Positions 1 through 8,570 of a stretch of DNA of 51,411 nucleotides are shown in pieces. The DNA is from Phocaeicola dorei (lineage in GTDB: Bacteria; Bacillota_I; Bacilli_A; RFN20; CAG-288): NCBI GenBank assembly GCA_963622735.1, contig CAVFIT010000027.1:1-51411 (forward strand), in the 5' to 3' direction. The position numbers were made by a program, and so were the translations under genes. Within the stretch, counting starts at the first letter, position 1. The number at the start of each line of letters is the position of its first letter. A model generated the notes under the pieces. The model did not search any database, was not told the DNA's origin, and worked only from the letters and a program-made list of their open reading frames with translations.

Positions 1-91
1 AGATGAACTTAGTCATGCTTAAAAAGATAAAATCAAAATCTTGTATAGCATGTGTTTTCTCATCTTATTTCATTTCAAATCATTTATTTAA

Positions 92-122
92 AGATTAGTG
101 TTTGTTCACTAATCTTTTTTTT
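92..122 (+). terminator. Rho-independent-type hairpin directly 5' of the permease RBS; either the terminator of an upstream gene or a leader attenuator
   Basis: AGATTAGTG (92-100) / loop TTTGTT / CACTAATCT (107-115), then a T7 run, followed at once by AGGAGG (123-128) and ATG 133. Confidence 0.55.
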
Positions 123-132
123 AGGAGGAATT

Positions 133-1596
133 ATGGAAAAAGAAAATGATTTAGTTCTAGATGTTGAACAAAGTCCAACTAAAATCAAAGACTGGTTCTT
201 GTTTAGTGTTCAACACATTTTAGCTATGTTAGTAGCATGTATTACTGTGCCTTTACTAACTGGACTTCCTATTGCAGCTACTTTAATTAGTGCTGGTATA
301 GGTACAATATTCTATATTGTTGTTACAAAATTTAAATCACCAGTATTCTTATCTTCTAGCTTTGCTTATTTATCTCCAATGTCGTCAGCACTTAGTATAG
401 GTTTAATAAATAAAGCTGGTATGGTTAATGGAAACATGAACTATCTTGCCTTAATTTTAGGTATGGTAATGGTTGCTTGTGTTTATACAATAATCGCATT
501 AGTTGTCAAATTATGTGGTACTAAATGGTTAAATAAAGTATTACCTCCAATTATTGTTGGACCTGTTATTATGGTAATTGGGTTATCTTTATCTAGTTCA
601 GCAGTTAGTTTTATTACTACTGATAATTCTAATAATTATAATTTAATGGCGTTTGTATGTGGATTAGTTGCTTTAATTGTCACTGCATTATGTTCACATT
701 ATTCTAAAAAGATGTTAAAACTAATACCTTTTGTTATAGGTATTTCTTCAGGTTATATATTTGCATTAATAGTTACTTTAATTGGATATACAGCTTGTAA
801 AAATGAATATTTTAATTTAGTAGACTTTACTCCTTTTATTAATATATTCTCACCAGAAAAAATATCACTTGCTTCATTTATTAATTATAAATTATTTGTT
901 CCTAATGATGCTGAATCATTTATTTTCTTAAGATTTGATGAAATTAGTAGATTTGATTGGTCTACAATTGGTCAAGTAATGTTATTATTTATTCCTGTTA
1001 GTTTAGTTACTGTATGTGAGCATATCGGTGATCATGAAAACTTAGGAAATATTATCCATAGAGATTTATTAAATAAAGAACCTGGTATGGATCGTACTTT
1101 ACTTGGTGATGGTATTGCTACAGGAATATCAGGGGTATTATGTGGTGCTGCTAATACAACATATGGTGAAAATGTCGCAGTTGTTGGTATGACAAAAATC
1201 GCATCTACTAAAGTAGTATTTTCAGCAGCTATTATGACAGTTATAATTGGTTTTATTACACCATTTTCAACTTTACTTCAAACAATTCCTCATTGTGTAA
1301 CTGGTGGAGTAGCATTAGTCTTATATGGATTTATCGCTTCTAGTGGTGTAAAAATGTTAATTTCAGAAAGAATTGATTTTAATAAGAGTAAAAACATCTT
1401 TGTCGCTAGTGTAATATTAGTTGCAGGTATTGGTGGATTAGTATTAAAGTTTGGTGATCCAAGCAAACCTACAATTCAAATTACTTCTATTGCTGTTAGT
1501 ATGTTATTAGGTATTTTCTTTAACTTAATTTTAAAAGATAAAAAAGAAGATATTTGTGAAAGTGAAACTAATAAAGAAGGAATAAAAAAAGAATAA
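133..1596 (+). CDS. pyrP: Uracil permease, NCS2 (uracil/xanthine permease) family
   Basis: ORF-track 52..1596 trimmed to Met28, which follows AGGAGG. Polytopic protein with the NCS2 signature LLGDGIATGISGVLCGAANTTYGENVAVVGMTK. Confidence 0.85.
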   Translation: MEKENDLVLDVEQSPTKIKDWFLFSVQHILAMLVACITVPLLTGLPIAATLISAGIGTIFYIVVTKFKSPVFLSSSFAYLSPMSSALSIGLINKAGMVNGNMNYLALILGMVMVACVYTIIALVVKLCGTKWLNKVLPPIIVGPVIMVIGLSLSSSAVSFITTDNSNNYNLMAFVCGLVALIVTALCSHYSKKMLKLIPFVIGISSGYIFALIVTLIGYTACKNEYFNLVDFTPFINIFSPEKISLASFINYKLFVPNDAESFIFLRFDEISRFDWSTIGQVMLLFIPVSLVTVCEHIGDHENLGNIIHRDLLNKEPGMDRTLLGDGIATGISGVLCGAANTTYGENVAVVGMTKIASTKVVFSAAIMTVIIGFITPFSTLLQTIPHCVTGGVALVLYGFIASSGVKMLISERIDFNKSKNIFVASVILVAGIGGLVLKFGDPSKPTIQITSIAVSMLLGIFFNLILKDKKEDICESETNKEGIKKE

Positions 1597-1617
1597 AAAA
1601 TTGTACTTGTTTAATCT

Positions 1618-1758
1618 ATATATGTTAAAATGAAAAAGCATATATAGACTTATAGTTATATGAATGCATAAAGGAGACATGTTAATATGCAATTAAAATT
1701 CGTAAAAAAGGCTGCAGTATTATCTTTAGGCTTAGTTAGCTTAGTTAGCTGTGGTAAT
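1618..1758 (+). repeat. Copy 1 of a duplicated promoter + 5' leader + lipoprotein signal-peptide block
   Basis: ATATATGTTAAAAT...ATATAGACTTATAGTtATATGAATGCATAAAGGAGACA...ATGCAATTAAA...GGCTGCAGTATTATCTTTAGGCTTAGTTAGCTTAGTTAGCTG is nearly identical to 2781-2918. Confidence 0.85.
1623..1631 (+). promoter_or_regulatory. Extended -10 promoter element (TGtTAAAAT)
   Basis: TG at 1623-1624 and TAAAAT at 1626-1631, about 55 nt upstream of ATG 1687. The same element occurs at 2786-2794 and 38285-38293. Confidence 0.5.
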
Positions 1759-2295
1759 ACCGCTAGTAGTAGTTCTATTAGTAGTGGCGATGGTTATTTA
1801 GAAACAGATTTTGCCACATTTAAAACACAAGCTACAGAGGCTTTAAAATCAAAAACAGCTTATACATCTTGTAAAATAGTAGAAGATGTAAAATCTACTT
1901 CAGCTGGTAAACCACATGAAGAAGAAATAACAGCTGATGCTAATATGAGTGGAAGAACATTTGTTGCTAAAGCTGATGCAGATCCAAAAGCTCTTGCTCT
2001 TATATATGGTGTAAATTCGTATTCTTTAAGTGCTTTAATTGAAACAGATCAATCAAGTGATATTATTTATAAATTCTACACAAGTAATGTTGGATTTAGA
2101 TGTGAAGGTTTAGTAGAAAGTAATACAACAATAACTGGTGGTTCATCTTATTTACATAGCACTAATACAATTGAATATGATATCGATGGTTATATGACAA
2201 GCTATGTAGTTATTTATGAAAATAAAGTAACCTATAATAGTGCTACAACAGTTACTTCTGGTACAACTACAATATCATTTACATATACTAAGTAA
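1687..2295 (+). CDS. Lipoprotein of unknown function (paralog A)
   Basis: AAGGAG RBS; signal peptide MQLKFVKKAAVLSLGLVSLVSC with lipobox LVSC|G; paralogous to 2847..3419. Confidence 0.85.
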   Translation: MQLKFVKKAAVLSLGLVSLVSCGNTASSSSISSGDGYLETDFATFKTQATEALKSKTAYTSCKIVEDVKSTSAGKPHEEEITADANMSGRTFVAKADADPKALALIYGVNSYSLSALIETDQSSDIIYKFYTSNVGFRCEGLVESNTTITGGSSYLHSTNTIEYDIDGYMTSYVVIYENKVTYNSATTVTSGTTTISFTYTK

Positions 2296-2363
2296 TAAAT
2301 AAATTGAAATAGTCATTATTTATAGGCTAATTTATCTATAGTATTTATCTAACTAATTTATTA

Positions 2364-2418
2364 ACATCCTAATTTAGTCATTTTCATAAATGAATTTGAC
2401 TTAATGGGATGTTTTTTC
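2364..2418 (+). terminator. Rho-independent terminator of lipoprotein gene A
   Basis: ACATCCTAATTTAGTC ... GACTTAATGGGATGT imperfect inverted repeat followed by TTTTTT. Confidence 0.55.
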
Positions 2419-2780
2419 ATTTATATCATATTTCTTAAAATTGTTTTTACTCTTATGTATAAATTTAAAGCTTTCAGTCTACTTAATACATAAAAGTGTG
2501 CGTTTGCACAAAAATAAGTATTAAGTGATTAATTATATATAAAAAATAGATTCCTTTTTAAACAATAAATAATCTATGTATAGTAGGATGATTAGAATCA
2601 TTATTACTAGCTAAAACTATAAAAACTGAGGAATCTTAAATTAAACAACATGCAATTTCATAATATCCTTTACACTAAATATAAATTTCTCTAGATTGAT
2701 ACGAATATTTACTAGAAAAAACAAGACTATTTTCGTCTTTTAGTATTAAATCTAAAAATAATAATTAATAATAGAGAAAA

Positions 2781-2918
2781 ATATATGTTAAAATAAAAAT
2801 ACTCATATAGACTTATAGTCATATGAATGCATAAAGGAGACAAAACATGCAATTAAATTTTTTAAAAAAGGCTGCAGTATTATCTTTAGGCTTAGTTAGC
2901 TTAGTTAGCTGCGGTAGT
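2781..2918 (+). repeat. Copy 2 of the duplicated promoter + leader + signal-peptide block
   Basis: Near-identical to 1618-1758 at nucleotide level. Confidence 0.85.
2786..2794 (+). promoter_or_regulatory. Extended -10 promoter element (TGtTAAAAT)
   Basis: Same element as 1623-1631, in the equivalent position upstream of ATG 2847. Confidence 0.5.
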
Positions 2919-3419
2919 ACTTATTCAGAAACAGATTTTGCCACATTCAAAGAAAAAGCTACAGAAGCTTTAAAATCAGAAACAACTTATTCTTCTTGTA
3001 AAGTTGCTTTGAAAAAAACAACAACTACTGGTGGTAAAACAACAAACGAAAATTATGAAATTGACTACACTATTAATGGAAGAACATTTGTTGCTAAAGC
3101 TGATGCAAAAGCTGAAGCTCTATTATTTGCAGATATTATAAACGTTTATACATTAGATACTTTAATTAAGGTTGATTTATCAAATAATACAACTTATAAA
3201 TTCTATACAGGTGCTGCATTTAAATGTGAAAGAACAGTAGAAAGTAGTTTTTCAGCTCTTGGTGTTAAGTATGAACAAAAGCTTGTTGATTCTATTGAAT
3301 ATGATAATGATGGTTTTATAAAGAACTTTAAAGAAACATCTACTGAAAAAGGTTCTAGTTCTAGCGCTTCAACTACTAATAGTGGTGAAGAAACAGTTAC
3401 ATTTACCTATACTAAGTAA
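2847..3419 (+). CDS. Lipoprotein of unknown function (paralog B)
   Basis: MQLNFLKKAAVLSLGLVSLVSC|G lipobox. Conserved blocks ETDFATFK, GRTFVAKADA, YKFYT and C-terminal TFTYTK are shared with paralog A. Confidence 0.85.
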   Translation: MQLNFLKKAAVLSLGLVSLVSCGSTYSETDFATFKEKATEALKSETTYSSCKVALKKTTTTGGKTTNENYEIDYTINGRTFVAKADAKAEALLFADIINVYTLDTLIKVDLSNNTTYKFYTGAAFKCERTVESSFSALGVKYEQKLVDSIEYDNDGFIKNFKETSTEKGSSSSASTTNSGEETVTFTYTK

Positions 3420-3441
3420 TTAATATATTTAAAATAATAAA

Positions 3442-3474
3442 AGGTTAACATTTTATAAGTGTTAATCTTTTTTA
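3442..3474. terminator. Bidirectional terminator between convergent genes
   Basis: AGGTTAACA (3442-3450) pairs with TGTTAATCT (3460-3468, one G-U pair), followed by a T6 run. Overlaps the stop of the minus-strand MATE gene. Confidence 0.6.
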
Positions 3475-4875
3475 GTTTTTTAAAAGTTTTTCTTGATTAA
3501 AGTTTTCTATTTCCATTTTCTTAAATACTTTAGGTATATAAATTAAATAACAAGTAGTTGAAATAATAGCAGAGGCTATATCACATAATGGTTCAGCATA
3601 AAAACACCCATCAACATTTTTAGTAATTAAAGGAATAATAAATACTGCAGGAATATAAATAAATACTTTTCTTGCTAAAGATAACCAAATGGAGAAATGA
3701 GCTTGTCCTAATCCAGTAAGACCATCTACAAATACATATTGGAAAGATAATGGGATGATACCTATCATATAAATAATAATAAATTTATATGCAGCATTTA
3801 CTATTTCCATATTGATGTTAGATTTTCCAATTCCTATAAATAAGGTTGCAAAAGGTTTAGCAAGCACAAAAGATAAACCAAAGCATATTGAAGTAAATAT
3901 TAGTGCAAATGCGATAAGCTGTTTTTCAGCTTTAATAATTAAATTTTTATTATTAGCTCCATAATTATAGCCAAGTATTGGTTGAGTACCACTAGATATT
4001 CCAAGAAGTGGACCAGTAATTAAAGTCATAAAAGCTTGAACGATTGTATTGACTTCAATATAAAAATCCCCTTGATTTCCGCCATGTAATTTTAAAGCTG
4101 TGTTTAATAAAATTAAAATTATAGAATCTGTAGCCATAATTATAAAAGGTGAAAATCCTAGTTTTAAAATTTGGCCCATTAATTTAATGTCGTAATTACC
4201 TAAAGATAATTTAATAGTTGCTTTTTTTATTAAAATAAATAATACAAATAAGAATGATATAAATTGAGAAATGATAGTAGCAGTAGCAGCCCCTTTAACA
4301 CCTAAATTAAAAGCGTACATAAATAATGGATCTAATCCTATATTTAATAAACATCCAATAATAGTAGTAGCCATAGCTTTAATTGATTCACCTTGAGCTA
4401 TTAAATACTGATTTAAACTAGAAGTTAAGACTGCAAAAAATGTGCCAATTAAATAGATATATAAATAGTCTTTAGCATAGGAAATAGAATTATCACTAGC
4501 GCCAAATAAATATAATAATTGAGTACCAAAACTATAGAAAATTATTATTAAGATGATAGAAATAACAATAGACATTAATAAAGCATTTGATAGTATTTTC
4601 TTTGCTTTAGGATAGTTTTTACTTCCAAGTGCCATTGAAAAAATAGGTGCACCACCTAGTCCAATCCAAGAAGCAAAAGAAGTTATAAAAGTGACAATAG
4701 GGGCACACACTCCTACACCAATTAATGCTATTTCACCTATGTTTGGTAAATTTCCTACATATATTCTATCTACTATGTTATATAAAACATTAATCAACTG
4801 AGCAATCATTGATGGAATTGCTAATTTAAAGATAGTTTTTAAAGTGTTTGAATCACCAAGATAGGAACTTTTCAT
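3472..4875 (-). CDS. MATE family efflux transporter
   Basis: 467 aa, about 12 TM; typical MATE N-terminus (LKTIFKLAIPSMIAQLINVLYNIVDRIYVG). Confidence 0.85.
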   Translation of the reverse strand: MKSSYLGDSNTLKTIFKLAIPSMIAQLINVLYNIVDRIYVGNLPNIGEIALIGVGVCAPIVTFITSFASWIGLGGAPIFSMALGSKNYPKAKKILSNALLMSIVISIILIIIFYSFGTQLLYLFGASDNSISYAKDYLYIYLIGTFFAVLTSSLNQYLIAQGESIKAMATTIIGCLLNIGLDPLFMYAFNLGVKGAATATIISQFISFLFVLFILIKKATIKLSLGNYDIKLMGQILKLGFSPFIIMATDSIILILLNTALKLHGGNQGDFYIEVNTIVQAFMTLITGPLLGISSGTQPILGYNYGANNKNLIIKAEKQLIAFALIFTSICFGLSFVLAKPFATLFIGIGKSNINMEIVNAAYKFIIIYMIGIIPLSFQYVFVDGLTGLGQAHFSIWLSLARKVFIYIPAVFIIPLITKNVDGCFYAEPLCDIASAIISTTCYLIYIPKVFKKMEIENFNQEKLLKN

Positions 4876-4941
4876 AAATTTTAAATATCAAAGACAAGAA
4901 GAATATTATCACTTATTGAAATTAAAAACAATAAAAGTAAA

Positions 4942-6096
4942 CTATTTTAAAGTGAATGTAAGAGTAGAAGGTTGATGGTCTGAATATTCAAATCCTGTAC
5001 CGACTTTACTAGTATAAACATCGTTTACTTCAACATTATTAGATACAATAAATCCATCTACAGTTGATACAAAAGTAAAACCAGGAGTATAAACTACATC
5101 ACAATCTCTACAACTAGGATTTGAATCACTTGCATATATTTTATAATTATCATCAAATGCACAAGATTTATTTTCATCAAACATAAAACTTAACCAGTCA
5201 GGTTTTTGTTGATCTACTATGTCTTTATAAGCAAAATTAGCACTAGTATATTGAGGATATAAAGGATTATTTGTTAGTAAATCGTGATTAAAATCACCAG
5301 CAGCTATTACATAATTACCTTTTGAATATTCACTATTCATGTAATCGTGAAGTTCTTTTATTTGTTGATTTCTAATTTTTCCACCTTCATCATAAGCAGA
5401 CATATGAGAATTAATAAATATTAATTGTTTACCATTATTAGTATTAATTTTATTAATAATAAAACATCTATCTAAATCAAAGAACTTAGAAAAAGAAGTA
5501 GAAATTGTGTATTCTTGTCTATAAGAAGAGACAATGTCATATTTAGATAATGATAATAATCCTGATATAGCTCCACCTATAGGGTCATTAAGTGGATAAC
5601 ATAAATAAGCTGATTCATAATTGTTACCAAATGTATTAGAGTAAGTATCAAAAGAATTAATTAAATATTCTTTTTGATTTACATGGTAAGCTCTATTACT
5701 AGATACATCGACTTCTTGAAAAGCATAAAAATCACTATTTAATTGTTTATTTACTTCACTTATTCCACTAGTATTTTTTTCTACATCTTCTTTTGATATG
5801 GCTTTACCATATTTACCTTTAACTTTACTACCATCTTTATTAATACCTTCATCCATAAAGAAAGTGAAATTAGGAGAATAAGCTCCAAATCCGATATTAG
5901 AAGTAGTCATTTTTAAGGTTTCGCCAGTCTTAATTGTATTATTAATATTTTTATTATTAACAGTTAAATCTTTAGAACCTATTCTATGATATGAGCATAC
6001 TACATATAATAAATATCCACCTACAACTAAAGCAGGAACTAAAATCACGATACATAATACAATTAAAAATATTTTTAAGCCTTTTTTCTTTTTCAT
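4942..6096 (-). CDS. Membrane-anchored endonuclease/exonuclease/phosphatase (EEP) family protein
   Basis: N-terminal TM anchor; EEP motifs FQEVD, AAGDFNHD and SDHQP; start is adjacent to the MerR stop (same operon). Confidence 0.75.
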   Translation of the reverse strand: MKKKKGLKIFLIVLCIVILVPALVVGGYLLYVVCSYHRIGSKDLTVNNKNINNTIKTGETLKMTTSNIGFGAYSPNFTFFMDEGINKDGSKVKGKYGKAISKEDVEKNTSGISEVNKQLNSDFYAFQEVDVSSNRAYHVNQKEYLINSFDTYSNTFGNNYESAYLCYPLNDPIGGAISGLLSLSKYDIVSSYRQEYTISTSFSKFFDLDRCFIINKINTNNGKQLIFINSHMSAYDEGGKIRNQQIKELHDYMNSEYSKGNYVIAAGDFNHDLLTNNPLYPQYTSANFAYKDIVDQQKPDWLSFMFDENKSCAFDDNYKIYASDSNPSCRDCDVVYTPGFTFVSTVDGFIVSNNVEVNDVYTSKVGTGFEYSDHQPSTLTFTLK

Positions 6097-6098
6097 AT

Positions 6099-6845
6099 TT
6101 AAATAGTTCCTTTCATCAACAAATAAGTGGGAAATTTGTATTCTTTTTCAACTATTTCATATATCATTAATAAAGAATCTACATCTTCTAAAGATGGATT
6201 AGTTGATAATTTGAAATATAAATCTTGTTTAGGAAGAGTAATAATCTTATGATTTGGATTTTTAACTTTTAACATATTTGTAAGAGCTATAAAAATATAT
6301 TGTTTAATAAGACCATTTTCTTTTTGTTTTAATATTCCATATAGATATGATACATTTTCTTCAGGATATAAATCAAATAAATTAGCGATGGCTTTATCAT
6401 ATTCTATAGAAGAAACTTCACCTTCAAACGGACATATTAATAGATTAGTTTTATTATGATTAAATGGTAAATATTCATCAAAATTACATTTATCTTGTAT
6501 TTTCTTTTGCTGAGAAATTAAATCAATCATATTTAATCCGGATTTAAGTTGATCAATTTTCTTTATGATTTCATTTTTAGAATATAAAGTAAATTCATCA
6601 TAATTTATAACTCCATCTTTTATAAACTTATTTTTGATAACGTTTAAAGGTATGTTTAAAAATAAAGATAGTAAAATAATATTAGTTATTTTAAGTTGAT
6701 CTCTAGTGTAATAACGATAAAGACTACTTGGATCAGTATAACTTGGTGTTAGAATACCGATTTTTTCATAATAACGTAAAGCTTTTATACTTAATCCTGA
6801 TATTTTTGAAAATTCACCTATAGAGAAATACTTTTTAGGTTTCAT
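6099..6845 (-). CDS. MerR family transcriptional regulator with C-terminal effector-binding-like domain (BmrR-like architecture)
   Basis: HTH FSIGEFSKISGLSIKALRYYEKIGIL...YRYY; 248 aa. Confidence 0.85.
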   Translation of the reverse strand: MKPKKYFSIGEFSKISGLSIKALRYYEKIGILTPSYTDPSSLYRYYTRDQLKITNIILLSLFLNIPLNVIKNKFIKDGVINYDEFTLYSKNEIIKKIDQLKSGLNMIDLISQQKKIQDKCNFDEYLPFNHNKTNLLICPFEGEVSSIEYDKAIANLFDLYPEENVSYLYGILKQKENGLIKQYIFIALTNMLKVKNPNHKIITLPKQDLYFKLSTNPSLEDVDSLLMIYEIVEKEYKFPTYLLMKGTI

Positions 6846-6848
6846 ATC

Positions 6849-6879
6849 TTGACTCTCCCATATGGGTATAGTTTAACAT
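6849..6879 (+). promoter_or_regulatory. MerR-type promoter: -35 TTGACT, 19-nt spacer containing the palindrome CCCATATGGG, -10 TAACAT
   Basis: TTGACT 6849-6854; spacer 6855-6873 (19 nt); perfect palindrome 6857-6866; TAACAT 6874-6879. Lies between the divergent MerR gene and the MATE gene. Confidence 0.6.
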
Positions 6880-6901
6880 ATTTATTTGTCAAGAGGTAAT
6901 T

Positions 6902-8257
6902 ATGAGTAAACATTATAAGACAACAGATTTATTAAAATTTGCATTTCCTACAATTATCATGATGATATTTGTAAATATATATGGTGTTGTTGATGCTTTA
7001 TTTGTTTCAAATATAGAAGGGGATACTGCATTTAGCGGTATGAATTTAATATTACCTTATGTTATGTTACTTGGTACATTTGGATATATGTTTGGTACAG
7101 GAGGCTCAGCTTTAATATCAAAAACATATGGTGAAGGTGATATAAAAAGAGGAAATAGATATTTTACAATGCTAATAGAAACTCTAACTGTTATTGGTGT
7201 AATATGTGCAATAGTTGGCTATTTTACTATTAAACCAGTTTCTCAATTATTTGGTGCTACTCAAGAAATGTTAGATTATTGTATAGATTATGGAACAATT
7301 ATTGTTATTTTCTTACCATTTTTTGTTATTCAAAATGCGTTTCAATCTTATATGGTATTAGCAAATAAACCTAATTTAGGATTTGTATTTTGCTTAATTG
7401 CTGGATTAACTAATACTTTATTTGATTTTATTTTCATTTATATATGTAGATTAGGAGTTATAGGTGCAAGTATAGCTACAGGTATTTCTCAAGTAGTTGG
7501 AGCTATTTTACCTGTAAGTTATATAATTTTATTTAAAGATAAGAATCAACTTAAATTTGAAAAAACAAAATATGAAATTAAACCAGTTGTTGATGCTGCT
7601 ACAAATGGACTTTCTGAAATGGTTGCAAATGTTTCTATGTCTTTAGTTAACATCTTATTTAATGCACAATTGATGCAATATATTGGACAAAATGGGGTTA
7701 CTGCATATGGAATTATTATGTATGTAGGATTCTTATTTACTGGAGTATATTTTGGTTATTCAGTTGGTGTTGCTCCAATTATTGGATTCCAATATGGTGC
7801 TAAAAATAATAAAGAATTACAGTCGTTATTAAAAAAGAGTTTATTAATATATGTAGGATTTGGAATAGTTTGTGCATCTAGTATTATCGGTTTAGCAAGA
7901 ATATTAGCTAGTGCTTTTATTAGAAATAACGAGGAATTATTAAATTTAAGTACATTAGCTTTACGTTTATATTCAATCGGTTATTATTTTTCAGGATTTA
8001 ATATATTTTTATCTTCCTTCTTTACAGATTTAAATAATGGATTTGTATCTGGTGTTATTTCTTTACTTAGAACATTAGTATTTCAAATAATTGCTATTTA
8101 TGTAATGCCATTATTATGGGGTATTAATGGATTATGGTTATCTATTGTAGCTGCTGAATTATTATCTTTAATTGTCTCTTTTGGTTTCTTATTTATAAAA
8201 AATAAACAGTATCATTACTTTAAAGAAAAAGAATTAGTACAAGAAAATCAAGCGTAA
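6902..8257 (+). CDS. MATE family efflux transporter, likely target of the divergent MerR regulator
   Basis: 451 aa polytopic protein; MATE N-terminus LLKFAFPTIIMMIFVNIYGVVDALFVS. Confidence 0.85.
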   Translation: MSKHYKTTDLLKFAFPTIIMMIFVNIYGVVDALFVSNIEGDTAFSGMNLILPYVMLLGTFGYMFGTGGSALISKTYGEGDIKRGNRYFTMLIETLTVIGVICAIVGYFTIKPVSQLFGATQEMLDYCIDYGTIIVIFLPFFVIQNAFQSYMVLANKPNLGFVFCLIAGLTNTLFDFIFIYICRLGVIGASIATGISQVVGAILPVSYIILFKDKNQLKFEKTKYEIKPVVDAATNGLSEMVANVSMSLVNILFNAQLMQYIGQNGVTAYGIIMYVGFLFTGVYFGYSVGVAPIIGFQYGAKNNKELQSLLKKSLLIYVGFGIVCASSIIGLARILASAFIRNNEELLNLSTLALRLYSIGYYFSGFNIFLSSFFTDLNNGFVSGVISLLRTLVFQIIAIYVMPLLWGINGLWLSIVAAELLSLIVSFGFLFIKNKQYHYFKEKELVQENQA

Positions 8258-8313
8258 AAACAGGATATTTTTGAATTTGATAAATAAAAAATAGTATTTA
8301 TATGTATGAAAAA

Positions 8314-8346
8314 AGACTTAGCTGTTGAACTAAGTCTATTTTTATT
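8314..8346. terminator. Bidirectional terminator (MATE gene / tRNA-Lys)
   Basis: AGACTTAG (8314-8321) / CTAAGTCT (8330-8337), with A-run upstream and T-run downstream. Confidence 0.65.
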
Positions 8347-8350
8347 TAAA

Positions 8351-8426
<76 letters not shown>

Positions 8427-8451
8427 ATTAGCGTATTAATAACGCTAAATA

Positions 8452-8480
8452 ATAATAATACATAAGCGCAATTTTTTCAA
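8452..8480 (-). promoter_or_regulatory. Candidate sigma-A promoter for tRNA-Lys
   Basis: On the minus strand: TTGAAA (8480-8475), 17-nt spacer, TATTAT (8457-8452). A 7-bp hairpin TTAGCGT/ACGCTAA (8428-8448) lies between it and the tRNA. Confidence 0.4.
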
Positions 8481-8570
8481 GTATTTTGTATAAAAGTTTT
8501 TAACTAGTGTTTTGTAATACGCTTTCATAATTAGTAAACTAACAAATTATTTACAAGTAATTTACAAAGA

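Noticed and set aside
52-132. 5' extensions of ORF-track models: 52 versus 133, 26431 versus 26446, 44480 versus 44531, and possibly 8571 versus 8619
   Set aside because: Internal ATGs are preceded by proper Shine-Dalgarno sequences at correct spacing. The extension at 52 also runs through a terminator hairpin. The extension at 44480 overlaps the previous gene and would bury the lipoprotein signal peptide.
1601-1608. A further TTGTACTT octamer upstream of lipoprotein gene A, matching the repeat array at 50977-51052
   Set aside because: A single 8-mer in 51 kb of AT-rich DNA is expected by chance.
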